Shown here in pieces: positions 27,189 to 38,790 of a stretch of DNA of 64,000 nucleotides. The position numbers were made by a program, and so were the translations under genes. This DNA comes from Balamuthia mandrillaris. Lineage: Eukaryota. The DNA lies in the NCBI GenBank assembly GCA_031835245.2, contig JAVKOQ020000066.1, positions 124,001 to 188,000 of the forward strand, given 5' to 3'. Within the stretch, counting starts at the first letter, position 1, and each line of letters starts with the position of its first letter. Under the pieces are notes generated by a model, which saw only the letters and a list, made by a program, of their open reading frames with translations, ran no database searches and was not told the DNA's origin.

Positions 27189-28014
27189 GCTATCTCTTTC
27201 CCTCTGGTTTCTCTTGTTGACTTTACATTGTATGGCACGTTTTTCTCACTCATCTTTGTTGCTTTCTTTCTTGCTTTCATCACAAAGCAATGTGATAATA
27301 CGTCCAAGGGTGGTGAGCTCCATCGCTTCTCCTTCTTTTTAAGGTTAGCATACCAGGTTGCAGCAACAACTTTCTCGGCCAAAAGAGTAGAAACGAAAAG
27401 TCAAATTCTCATTTCTCAAGGGAGAAAACAGAAAGTTTAGAGAGCCAGGCTCAGCTTCAAGTTGGATGGGCTGACAGAACAAATACGCAGCTCTCTGTGA
27501 TTCCCTAACGCAAGTATTGCAGTAACTCCCTGGTGATAAACAAGACAAGAGACAAGAGGTGAGCAACAAGCTACAAGAATAAAGGCTAGGAGAGGCGAGG
27601 GTAGAGGAGAGAGGCGAGGAGGGAGAGAGAGGCGAGGAGGGAGAGAGAGGCGAGATGAGAGGAGAGAGGCGAGAGAGGTGGCAGTGTTCCATTGAGGAGG
27701 AGGGGCGGCACCTCATCGAGGAGGCAGTGTCCGTCTCGTCAAAGAGGAGGGGCAGCACCTCGTCGATGAGGAGGCGCAGCGTTGTGACGCCAAGGGAGAA
27801 GGGCGACATCGGGTCAGAACGCAGCGAGGAGCGCTGAGGACCCAAAAAAAAAAAAAAAAAAGGAAGCAGATCAGCAAAGTCAACAAACTAAGCCATGGAA
27901 GGTCGTTCCAGTCGTAACTTCTTCACCTCCCCCTATATCTATACCAATCCTGTGGCCACAGGTACTCTCTCCCCTCTCCCTCTCTCTCTCCCCCTTCCCA
28001 GTCTAGCGAAGAGG

Positions 28015-28128
28015 AGGAGGAAGGGAAGAAGGAGAAGGAGAAGAGAAAACCTACGCTTGATTTCGTCAAGATTTACGACGACGTACTGCCAAACACAACG
28101 CTGGTGGCAGCTTGGGCGATGTTCGGTT
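28015..28128 (+). mobile_element. Short fragment of the same gypsy gag family
   Basis: Matches the reverse complement of 25175-25290 and 33540-33665. Confidence 0.8.
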
Positions 28129-28338
28129 TACGCTGTTATTATAGGTGGGTCTTCCACATTCTCAGTTGTGTTCACTTGCTGATGACCTGTTTTCTCTCTT
28201 CTTCTCTTCCTCTGTACTTTCTTTCTCTTGGTCTTCAAAAGATTTGGAAACATGGGTTTCCAAATCGAAGGGTTATGCTTCGCCTACCCTTTCTCCTCGT
28301 ACACAACCTTCTACTCCCATCACGGGATATGAGTGCAT

Positions 28339-28541
28339 GTTCTCGTTCTCGTTCTCGTTCTCGTTCTCGTTCTCGTTCTCGTTCTCGTTCTCGTTCTCGT
28401 TCTCGTTCTCGTTCTCGTTCTCGTTCTCGTTCTCGTTCTCGTTCTCGTTCTCGTTCTCGTTCTCGTTCTCGTTCTCGTTCTCGTTCTCGTTCTCGTTCTC
28501 GTTCTCGTTCTCGTTCTCGTTCTCGTTCTCGTTCTCGTTCT
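28339..28541. repeat. (GTTCTC)n microsatellite
   Basis: Directly visible. Confidence 0.97.
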
Positions 28542-28555
28542 TACCACCACTGTGC

Positions 28556-28590
<35 letters not shown>

Positions 28591-28740
28591 GATATGCTTG
28601 AGTAATTAACGTTTTGCTTTTTGAGATCAGATAGCCACAAAAGAATAGAGAGAGAGAGAGAGAGACAAGAGAGGAGAGCAAGGAGAGAGGCGAGAGAGGC
28701 GAGGAGAGCGGAGAGAGAGAGAGAGACTGTTATCGCGAGA

Positions 28741-28781
<41 letters not shown>

Positions 28782-28864
28782 GATGAGAGCAGAAAACTGA
28801 AGGTGGGGGTTTGAACGTATTGAAGCTACCCAAACCCCAAGTTTTGGTAGACAATCTCCTATCC

Positions 28865-29007
28865 GCGTTGGCGTTGGCGTTGGCGTTGGCGTTGGCGTTG
28901 GCGTTGGCGTTGGCGTTGGCGTTGGCGTTGGCGTTGGCGTTGGCGTTGGCGTTGGCGTTGGCGTTGGCGTTGGCGTTGGCGTTGGCGTTGGCGTTGGCGT
29001 TGGCGTT
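28865..29007. repeat. (GCGTTG)n microsatellite
   Basis: Directly visible. Confidence 0.97.
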
Positions 29008-29087
29008 CGTTGGCGTTAGCAGAACATTGTTAATGTTTTTTTCAAAAAACAAAAAACTCACCATTCAAAAAAGACAAAGCATAGGCT

Positions 29088-29800
29088 AGTACCTGGCAAG
29101 GCTCTCATTCTTCACGACTTTACGCAACTCAAGACGGAGGCAGGTGGCTACCAAGACCTAATCATCATATGGTTTGAAAGGGGAGGAGACGGTCAGCTAA
29201 AGAGTAATTATCATCATTTTTTGACAGACGAGAAGGTTGAAAAGGACACTGATGGAATGAAGAAAAGGATATAATACAAAGCAAACCTAGACTTCGTAGC
29301 TGGCGTATGGCAAAAGTTACTGGAGACTATGTGGAAGGATTTCAAACTGTTGATTGTTTTTTCTGACGGGTGTGGCTGCCAGTTCAAGTGCACAAAACAC
29401 ATGGCGTGGATGCGGTCAATGGCCTGTGCTAAACAACTACATGTGGACTATAACTTCTTCGCGTCAAACCGTGCTTACAACCAGTGTGATGCTATTGGAG
29501 TGCAGGCGCAACGTACCATAGTCACTTGAGAGCTAAATCAGAGCAGCGAAGGAAAGGACGCGAGCCTCAAGGTTCCAAGATGACATAGCCAAAGTCATTT
29601 CTGCCACTGAAGGGCATGAAGCAACGGTGGCACCTGATCCCAAAAAAATAGAGAGCGTTATTACACAGGATGGAATCAAAGAGTGGCATCGTGTGCAATA
29701 TAAACCTGACGGTCTGGTTACAGTTTGGCATGCTTTCACGACGGATGAGTTGCCACCCGCCACGCTGGAGTTCAGCTACCACAAGAGCTTCGTTTTTACT
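29088..29800 (+). mobile_element. Sola-like DDD transposase relic
   Basis: ALILHDFTQ...LIVFSDGCGCQFKC...YNFFASNRAYNQCDAIG...GIKEWHRV resembles the Sola-type DF / SDG..QFK / FF...H...CD motifs. Frameshifts and stops present. Confidence 0.65.
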
Positions 29801-30079
29801 AAAGGACCTGGTACCAGGAAGGCCCCTCGGGTATCAAAACCGAAAGAACTTAAAAAAACGTCCTTTGTGCCTTCACCTTCTAGCCTATGTGCTTTGCCTT
29901 TTGCCTTGACCAACAAGCCTTCGCCTCCGTCTCCATGCCTCCATGCCTTCGGCCGTCACCCAACACTGTTGAAGCGGAAAAAAGGGTGTGATTGTGAGAC
30001 AAAGGAAGCTGACAACAGTGGAGAGGAGAAAGTGTGTGATCGTTGCAAAAAGGAGTACTGCGATGATGGTAATGGGGAT

Positions 30080-30790
30080 CCAGTGTGGATCGAAAAGATC
30101 CAAAAAGTCAAAGAGAAGATAGACAGCATTGTGGCGAAGGCAGATGTTTTCATGCATGGCTACCATACCTGCCACAACGAAAATTTAAATATGTGTCGTA
30201 CAAAAGACACACCAAAGGACAAAAACCTGCCTACCTTTGGAGACCGAGCATTTCTCTCTGCATTACGAAGAAACCTTGGAGGAAAGGGGAGCACAACTGC
30301 AAGTGTGTTTGGAGAACTTGGATTGAACATGACCGGTGTCCAGCAACATTTGGACAACTTGGATGAACAGGAGATGCAAAATCGAAAAAGGAAACAAAGT
30401 AAGGCCTTCAAGAAAAGAGAGCAAGAGTTGCGTCAACAACAAAAGGCGAGAGCGGAGCAAGAGAAAAAAATCTCAAAAAAAAGGGGGATGCTTACCTGGA
30501 CAAGCATCAAAAGAGCCTTGCTCCAGTCTTCGAAGAGGACACACACACAAAGCAGAAGAAGCAGAAGAAGCAGAAAACTGCGCCTGATCTTTCCGTTGCT
30601 AAAGTGTCCACAGTTGAAGAGGTGAGCAAGCTCCAAGGGAAAGCGCTTGAGGCACAAATCATTCTCTTCAACCTCTTAAAGACCTATAAGGGCGATTCCA
30701 CCAAGGAGGGCCAGAAGAAGCGTTTGGCCGAGTTCGTCTCCAATCCAAGCGCCTTTCAACACTACGTGCGGCCTCACAAGCCACGAGCCA
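30080..30790 (+). mobile_element. Mutator-like transposase C-terminal relic
   Basis: FMHGYHTCHNENLNMCRTKDTPKD resembles the MULE 'HG.TQN.NES.N....PK' motif, followed by a basic coiled coil. Confidence 0.45.
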
Positions 30791-30979
30791 CTCCGCCTCG
30801 CTGCTCTTCTTCTTTTTCTGCGGTTGCGGCCCACTCGCCGTCCTCTGCAGTCTGAGAGCACAAAAGCTGCAGCTCAAAAAAACACTTCTCAGTTTGTGCA
30901 CATCCTCAGCACTTTTACGAATCCCATAATTTTCGCTTTTCCGCCCTTGGTTTATGGGACGAACCCGAGCAGGCCCCCT

Positions 30980-31718
30980 TAAGGTGGTTGATGAAGTCAT
31001 CAATGTTTACTCGTAATGACGACTTGAGCTCGTGGTACTGATCGTAGCCCATCGTCCTTCGGATAAATTCGTTCCCCAAAAAGCATGTCCTAAGTTTTTT
31101 CCAATAGTTGGATTCCTGTCGGGCAGGTGCAAAGCTCATAACAAGGACAACAGCAAGAAAGCAAAGGAAGGAGTGGTGGGTAAAGGCAGGAAGCTTGTGG
31201 TGGCTTCGAGCACTTGTCTGGGGTCGTTGTTTGGCCTGTGCTCGCAACGCTGCTTTCTCTTGAGAGTGGGAAAGAATGTGCTGCTCAAGAAAATCTGAGA
31301 AGAAAAGCATAAAGATACCCTTGTGTGTTTTTGCAGCATCAGGTGGAATGTTTTTGGGTCCTGGGATGGTTGTTTGACAGGGAAAAGAGGGCAACGCTTT
31401 CTCTTCTATCGACCAGCCATGTTTTTCTCTCCATTTGCTGTCTTCGACAGCAATGCGTTGCCTTTTGAGGGCTGCTTTTTGTTGGTGATCTTCTATCCCT
31501 TTTTCTTTTTCATTCTCTTTCTGCTTCTCTTTTTCGAGTCGTTGGGTGTGTTTTTTTTGTGCTTTCACGACACAAGGAGATTTATTGCAGGTAACTAATG
31601 GCCGACGGCACGCAGCACAGTTTCTAGGCTTCTTTGTTGATGTTTCTTTCTTCATCTCCATCTTTTTTGTTCGTCTTCTTTGTTTGCTTCTTCTGGTGTT
31701 GCTATGGGCAACAATCAT
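30980..31718 (-). mobile_element. piggyBac-like transposase N-terminal fragment (DDE_Tnp_1_7-like)
   Basis: PGPKNIP...IFMLFFSDFLEQHIL...FLAVVLVMS...NYWK...FIRRTMGYDQYHELKSSL; truncated before the catalytic Asp residues. Confidence 0.75.
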
Positions 31719-31844
31719 TTTTCTTCATGACGACACAAATTAACCTTGTTCTCTCGAAATTCCTAAGAAAATCCGAGCTTTGAAAATTCGAATTTGGAGT
31801 GGGGCGTAGCCCAAAATTACGACATATGACCATATTGTTTCCAA

Positions 31845-32100
31845 AGATTTGGAATAACCCTGTGGGAGCTTATTACGCTCAAGCAACCTGACGAGGGACC
31901 ATGCTCTCCGTACCAGTGCAAGCACACTCAGCGCAAAGCAACGGCTAGAGTGGCTGAGGAACCTCAAACAACTGTTGCAACTGCTTCTGTCCCTTCAGCA
32001 TCAATGTTTATGTGAAAGGGGGTGAAGAGCATGGTTTCTCGTCAGGTTGCTTGAGCGTAATCAGTTCCCATAGGGTTATTCCAAATGACCATACTGTTTC
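31845..32100. pseudogene. Two head-to-head kinase subdomain IX fragments
   Basis: FGITLWELITLKQP on + (about 31847-31890) and TVWSFGITLWELITLKQP on - (about 32040-32097). Confidence 0.65.
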
Positions 32101-32189
32101 CATTCCTCTATCACATTCATCAATAAACAAGAATTGAGTTTAAATAATTAGCAGAGAGAAAGAGAGAAAGAGAGGGAGAGAGAGAGAGA

Positions 32190-32225
<36 letters not shown>

Positions 32226-32249
32226 GAGAGAGAGAAAGAGAGAGGATAT

Positions 32250-34126
32250 AATCCGTTAGGACTATCTTGTGGGGAGGAAGTTTAACCCTTCCCGGCTCAG
32301 GAAGCTTGTAGCAGAAGACGTCCTTGTATTCAAGGGCCAGCTCTAGAAGCCGTGCTTTCTGCCCGATATCCAGGTCTGCGTCGTTCACGAGCTCTCAAGC
32401 CCGTCATTACCTCTTCCTCGGTAGGAAGCTCCACCGGGTAGATAACGTCCACGACGTCTTGGGTCTCCTTTTTGACTGAGGTCATCAGAGTCACCAGACG
32501 AACCTTCCACAGGTTTGCTCTCAGCGAAAAGCAACTAGTGTCATCGTACTTAAATCCTTAATCATCGGATCATCCTCCGCTAAGACAGCAACGGTTGCCT
32601 TGACGTTCTCGCGAGTAAAACTATCGGTGGTACAGGAGTCCAGCACAGCCTCGACTGTCCTTCCTACGGAAATCTTCATTGACATCCTCGGTAGACAATG
32701 TGCGTTCTTGACGACAATATTCGTCGATCCTGTCCTTCCACCAGCACTGTCCTTCTGGGCCGGCGCCTGGCTTTGGCTTCCAGACTTGCCCCTTGTGTCC
32801 TGCAAAGCACCGCCAAAGGTATCCTTCTTCTTGCTTTGGTCGACACGTTTCTTTTCCGAGCATTCTCTTGTCCAGTGCTCTCTCGACTTGCAGTTGCAGC
32901 AAAAGGGTCGCTTTTTCTTCCCATCATTGCCCGAACCGCTGTCGTTACTGTTCTTCTCCCGCCCAGAGCTCTTTGACCGATGGTCCAAGCTCTTCTTCAC
33001 GTGCCGTCATCCTTCCCAGTCTCTCGTGAGGTTCAGGGCATCAGCCATGTTAGCGATGTCCTCCCGCTGAAGGAATTTCTCCTTCAGGTCCGGAACAGCA
33101 CCGGCAACGAACTTCTCTAAGACCTGAGTCTCGCTGAAATCCGTGAGGAAAGCCTCTCGCAGCGCTGTTCGCACTCGCAAGTTCCAAGCGTCCACAGACT
33201 CATCAATGTTCTAGTCCAATTGTTTTATTGGGCTCGGTACGAACGTTCATCCGTAGGTTTCCAAGCTTCATGAGCTTAGCGGTCGCTCGGTCACGATGCC
33301 GAAAGCAGTTGAGAAGCTGTGTTTTCGCTTCCGTGGGGGTTAGTAGGACGCCACCTTTCGTTCGTTCTTGCTCGAGGAAGCGGCGAACGACGTCAGTGTT
33401 ATCGCGAAGTTGTCCTTCAAAATGAAGGATGTAGCCCTGCTGACTCCAGCCAGCGGCGGTCGCATAGCGGTCGAACGAGGTCAAAAAGATGTTTGGGTCC
33501 TCATTTGGCTTGCCATGGAAGGTCGCAGACTCAGCGTCAGCCGAGCATCGCCCAAGCTGTCACCAGCGTTGTGTTTGGCAGTACGTCGTCGTAAATCTGA
33601 CGGCGTGCCGTGAGATTGAGCGTAGGTTTTCTCTTCTCCTCTTCCTCCTCCTTCTCCTCTTCGCTTGACGACGAAGAGTCGGACCCAGAGCCAAAACCAC
33701 CAGCCTTCTGTCCTTTGTCCGCAAGTTGAGCCTTTAAAAGATTTTGCAGTTGAGAGATTGAGTCGTAAAGGGCCGCAAAAGCTGCATCGTTGCGTTCGTT
33801 GGCTTGTTTGGCGTCGTAAGAGAGCTCATCTGCAAAGGTTTCCAACTTTTGATTAAGATGATCGACGCGGTCAGGCAGCGAAGAAGCGTCGCTAGCCTGC
33901 TTGACCAAGAGCTTGTCGTGGTCCGCTTGGATTGCGCGAAGCTCAGAGAGGGCCTGGTCTATGGCGTCTAGCCTGTCCGTGGGAAGAGTTGTGGTAGTAG
34001 GGGGAAAAGTGCCGGAAGCTGGAGGGATAGCACCACCGGAAAGTGGACCGCTCTGCGCACCAGAAGAAGGGGTTGTACCAGACTGCGGCGAAGTTCATGA
34101 CGTACATTTTGTCACCGAACACTGCT
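32250..34126 (-). mobile_element. Ty3/gypsy element, second copy: gag-CCHC, protease, start of RT; truncated
   Basis: High nucleotide similarity to 23990-25765; continues into LLELALEYKDVFCYKLPEPGRVKLPPHKIVL (pre-RT). Confidence 0.9.
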
Positions 34127-34399
34127 ACATCGCCACCCATACCTACGTCATAGATAGCCAGACCCTGCTCACTAGGCGGCGTGAACTTTCCCTTGATTTT
34201 ACACCAAGTTCGCCGTGGTGCCGTGGTGCCGTGGTGGTGGTTGGCCTGCAGAAAATTTTGGCGAAAGTGGTTCTCCGCAGGGGAAAGAAAATTTTCTGCA
34301 ACTAGTTGGAGAAAAAGGCGAAAACTGGGAAATTTTTCGCTTTTTTTACCGTTTGGGCGAAAATTGTTAACTTGGGAGAAAGCAAAAGAAAGTAGAACC

Positions 34400-36520
34400 A
34401 TGGAGCTGGAGGACTTCATTGCGGCAGCCGAAGAACAGAGAAGCTACGAGCAAAAAGAAGAGTGCTGGTAGGCTGATGGAACGCTTCGACGACGACACCG
34501 GCAAGGAGGGCCGGGTGGTTAGCGTGTTGCAGAAATGGATAGAAACCTACGTGGAGGACTTTGCCAACAAAAAAAAGCAGCGACAGAAAAAAGAACGACT
34601 ACGTCAACAAAAGAGCAACGTCGGCTGCTTGTGATCTGTGAGTGATTTGAGCGGTGAGGTCCTCTCTCTCTCTCTCTCTCGCTTCTTTGCTGTTGGATAG
34701 CAACTGACGCGTGTTCTTCTTCGGCAGAGGCTTTCTTCGCCTCACCCTTTTTTTGAAGATGAAGAGGACGCAAAAGAAGAGAAGAGAAAGAAAAAGAAGA
34801 GAAGAGTAGAAAGAGAAAGAAGGAGAAGACGAGGAGAACAGAAACGGTTGTGGTTGGTGCAACGGAAGGAGAAGAGGAGGGAATGGACGGCGTTAGTGCT
34901 GCAGCAGCTCTCTGGGAAGGAGCGCGTGAAGGCGTTGAGCATCGGCATCCCTGCGATCTTCAACACTCGGCCGGTGTTGTGCATGGAGGGTCTGATCAGG
35001 GCTGGCCTCTTGCGAAGGAGAGCCTCTGAGGTGGCCATGTTCTTGGCTTCCACTTCGGGCTTGTCCAACTGCAAGGTGGAGTGGTTGCTCAAACGGTTTG
35101 GCTTCATTAGGTCAGTCTCTCTCATGCCCTCTCTTCTCATTCTTGTTCGTTCTTCTCTCTTCTTCTTCTTCTTCTCTTCTTCTTCTCTTCTCTTCTCTTC
35201 TCTTCTCTTCTCTTCTCTTCTCTTCTCTTCTCTTCTCTTCTCTTCTCTTCTCTTCTCTTCTCTTCTCTTCTCTTCTCTTCTCTTCTCTTCTCTTCTCTTC
35301 TCTTCTCTTCTCTTCTCTTTTCTTCTTTCTCTTCTCTTCTCTTCTCTTCTCTTCTCTTCTCTTCTCTTCTCTTCTCTTCTCTTCTCTTCTCTTCTTCGTG
35401 TTCTCTTCTCTTTTCTCTTCTCTTCTCTTCTCTTCTCTTCTCTTCTCTTCTCTTCTTCGTTCTCTTCTCTTCTCTTCTCTTCTCTTCTCTTCTCTTCTCT
35501 TCTCTTCTCTTCTCTTCTCTTCTCTTCTCTTCTCTTCCTCTTCTCTTTCTCTTCTCTTCTCTTCTTCTCTTCTCTTCTCTTCTTCTCTTCTCTTCTCTTC
35601 CTCTTCTCTTCTCTTCTCTTCTCTTCTCTTCTCTTCTCTTCTCTTCTCTTCTCTTCTCTTCATTCTTCTCTATTTTTGCCGCTACTCCCTTTGTTCTTCT
35701 TTCATCTTGCCTTCTCTCTTCATCTCTTTTGTGTTCTGTTTCTTACAAAAGAAAAAAACAACAATGATAGATATAAGCGAGCACCTTATGGAAAGGCGCT
35801 TGTGACCAAGTATATTGACTACATGGATTTCAAAGGGCTTGAATTTGAGGATGCCTTGCGGTAGATTCTTTCTCGTGTTGTTTTTCTTGTTCTTCTTGTT
35901 CTCTTCTGAGCTGATTTGTGTGTTACACAGATCATTAGTGGATAGAGTGCCATTTCCACCCACGAATATGAAGAATGAATTAATTCAGAGCTTTGTTAAA
36001 AAGTATTATCTCGACAATCCAACTACGTTTCCTCACCAGAGCGACTGGTCTCGTTTTTCACTTCTTCGTTTTCGGTGATGTGGAACGTTTGTTTGAAAAG
36101 TGCAGAGAACTCTGTTATCCTCCGAAGATTTAGACTTGAGAATTATTCTAAAACCATGAACACATTATAAATAGAGTTTCTGTGTATCCGCACACACCCG
36201 CCGGAAACCACACATACAACACCCACGTATACACACTTTGTACTGCACTCTTACTCTCAATACATTGTTCTTATTGATTCAAATGAAAGTTATTGGCGGC
36301 CGTCGCTAGAATGAGATAGAGAACGATGAACGATGAACGGTGAACAATGAACAAAGAATGATGAACGATAAAAGATGAACATGAACTAGAATGAGAACAA
36401 GAACAAGAACAATGAATGAGCAGGAAAATGCGGTTGTTGACATGATGACACTACCGTAGAACAAACCGTGGTTTGTTGTGACAGCATCATCAAAGAAAGC
36501 CAATAAACCTTATCCTTTCA
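34400..36520 (+). pseudogene. Disrupted RasGEF-REM-like plus Sec7-like (Arf GEF) gene
   Basis: RVVSVLQKWIETYVEDF is REM-like. FNTRP...EVAMFL...KYIDYMDFKGLEFEDALR...LIQSFVKKYYLDNPTTFPHQ is Sec7-like. There is an early frameshift, and the next Sec7 segment lies on the opposite strand. Confidence 0.65.
35155..35662. repeat. (TCTTC)n pentanucleotide microsatellite, intronic
   Basis: Directly visible between a GT donor at about 35111 and an AG acceptor at about 35769. Confidence 0.95.
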
Positions 36521-36559
36521 CTTCCATCCTTTTCTTTTCTGCGTCAAAGAAATGGATGG

Positions 36560-36770
36560 ACGGGAACAGTATGGTCATTTGGATTGATCCTGTGGGAGTC
36601 GATCGCCCTCAAGCAACCTGACGAGGAACCATGTTCTCCGCACACTCGGGGCAAAGCAACCGGCCGGAGTGGCCGAGGAACGCGAAGCTCAAGGGATGGC
36701 ACTGTTGCAAACATAGTATGGCATCCTTCCCAAGGAGGAGCAAGCATTGATGCTGTGGGAGGGCCAGACC
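36560..36770 (+). pseudogene. TKL-type kinase C-lobe fragment (subdomains IX-XI)
   Basis: TVWSFGLILWESIALKQP...RPEWP...WHPS...SIDAV, with frameshifts. Confidence 0.65.
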
Positions 36771-37169
36771 TCTGCCACGTGGGAGTGTGGCACGTGTGAC
36801 TTTACACACAACAAGTTGCCTGAGGTCCTTTTGGGAGTACACACGCGCTTTGCTCTGATTTTATGTTTTTTTACCCCTTTTTTACCGGATCCCTGATCCC
36901 CTTCTCCCCCTACTATCAATCACTGTCTTCGAACCAATTTATCTTCTTTTGCTGTTGATGGTTGGCTGTTGTCCCCTTGTGTTCAGTTCTCGGCGGAGCC
37001 ACGGAAGGAAGGCGCTTCTGTTCGCCCACCTGTATTGAGGCAGGAAATCAGACCATCTACGCTTGTAACCAGTTCGGCCAGCCATGGTGGTTCGGGGGAG
37101 CGACGACAGGAGACATGCTCCGCAGGTTCCCTTGCTTGGGTACTGAGCACCTCTCCGTTGGATGATCGG

Positions 37170-37390
37170 ACCTGTATAAACACCTGTTTAAACACCTGTC
37201 TATACACTGTGTATGGACATATAGCATAAAAGGGAACGATTTTTCCTTGTATAGTCATCTGTCTATACAGCTATCTAAACAGGTGTTTAGACAGGTGTTT
37301 AGATAGCTGTTTAGATAGCTGTTTAGATAGCTGTATAGACAGATGTTTAAACAGGTGTTCAGACAGGTGTTTAGATAGCTGTTTAGACAC
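37170..37390. repeat. 12-bp unit array (AGACAGGTGTTT / AGATAGCTGTTT) in both orientations
   Basis: Directly visible. Confidence 0.85.
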
Positions 37391-37609
37391 CAAAGAACCA
37401 TACTAGTGTTCAAATTGTTTATTTTCCGAACCTTCTAAAGGCAAAAAGAGTCAGTTGATGATGATAAGGAAAAACAACAGAGAGGCAGATAAAAGAAAGA
37501 AAGAAAGAAAGAAAGAAAGGAAAAAAAGTGATAGTTGTTAGTAGTGGTGTCAGACAGTAAACAAAGGAGAATAGACTGAAAAGCAACTCAGAGACGGAGA
37601 GATCTCTTA

Positions 37610-38030
37610 GAGGGAGACAGGAGGAGACAGGCGACCTGAGAGGGAAGATGGGAGAGGGGAGAGGGGAGAGGGGAGGGAGAGGGGGAGAGGAGGGAGAGGG
37701 GAGGGGGAGAGGGGAGAGGGAGAGGGAGAGGGGAGAGGGAGAGGGGAGAGAGAGGGGGGAGGGGGAGAGGGAGGGGGAGAGGGGAGAGGGGAGGGAGAGG
37801 GGGAGAGGGGGAGAGGGGAGAGGGGAGAGGGGAGAGGGAGAGGGGGAGAGGGGAGAGAGGGGAGAGAGGGGAGACGGGAGACGGGAGACGGGAGACGGGA
37901 GACGGGAGACGGGAGACGGGAGGAGAGGGGAGATGGGAGAACAAGAGAAAGGAGAGGAGAGAGGAGAGAGCAGAGAGGAGAGAGGAGAGAGGAGAGAGCA
38001 GAGAGGAGAGAGCAGAGAGCAGAGAACAAG
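37610..38030. repeat. Purine-rich (G/A) low-complexity tract including (GGGAGAC)n
   Basis: Directly visible. Confidence 0.9.
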
Positions 38031-38509
38031 ATGTATGGTGGAGGACCCGACTGGCACTATGAGGGAGAAAGAGAGAAGCAGTTGAAAAAGAACAAGATAC
38101 TAATGGTGTTGTATCACGGAGGACTGGACTGGTCCTCTGACATAGAAAGAGAGAAAAAAAGAAAGAAAAACAGAGATTCGAAGACAAAAGAGACAGAGAA
38201 CATCAAAAGAGAGGAAAGAGAAGCAAAAATATCGTACACTGAGTTTGTAAATAGCTTGCTTCTTGTCCTAATTGCTTCCCATCTCAATGCTTTGTTAACC
38301 GGCTGCTGGTTCCTCATTGGTTTTCTGCACGAGAGCTCATCCTCACGGCACTGTGACGAGAGAAAAATGAGTGAGTGGGAGAGTGGTGAGTTGGGCACAG
38401 GCACAACAAAGAGGTGCTTGACTACATTGGGGGTGGTGCTGGAAGGATGAGCGAAAGGTTGGAACGGAGGGCTGCCACCTCCACCAGGAGTGAATCAATC
38501 TTGGTGTTA

Positions 38510-38713
38510 GGCGTTATGGAGGTGACAGGCTTCTGTTTCACGCAGTGCCCAGATGCTGGCATCAACGGCCATGCGGAACACATAGCCGAGCTGTTTGAGG
38601 TGTGGATGTGGTGTCTTTATCATCGTCACTGCTTGTAGAGGAACGCCACGAGAGTAGACGCCAAGTATTCCATGTTCCTCTCCCATGTTTATGGTTGCGG
38701 AGCCTTTGGTGCT

Positions 38714-38790
<77 letters not shown>

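Noticed and set aside
28104..29089. RS/SF/EN/AN/LA-repeat proteins
   Set aside because: Translations of hexanucleotide microsatellites.
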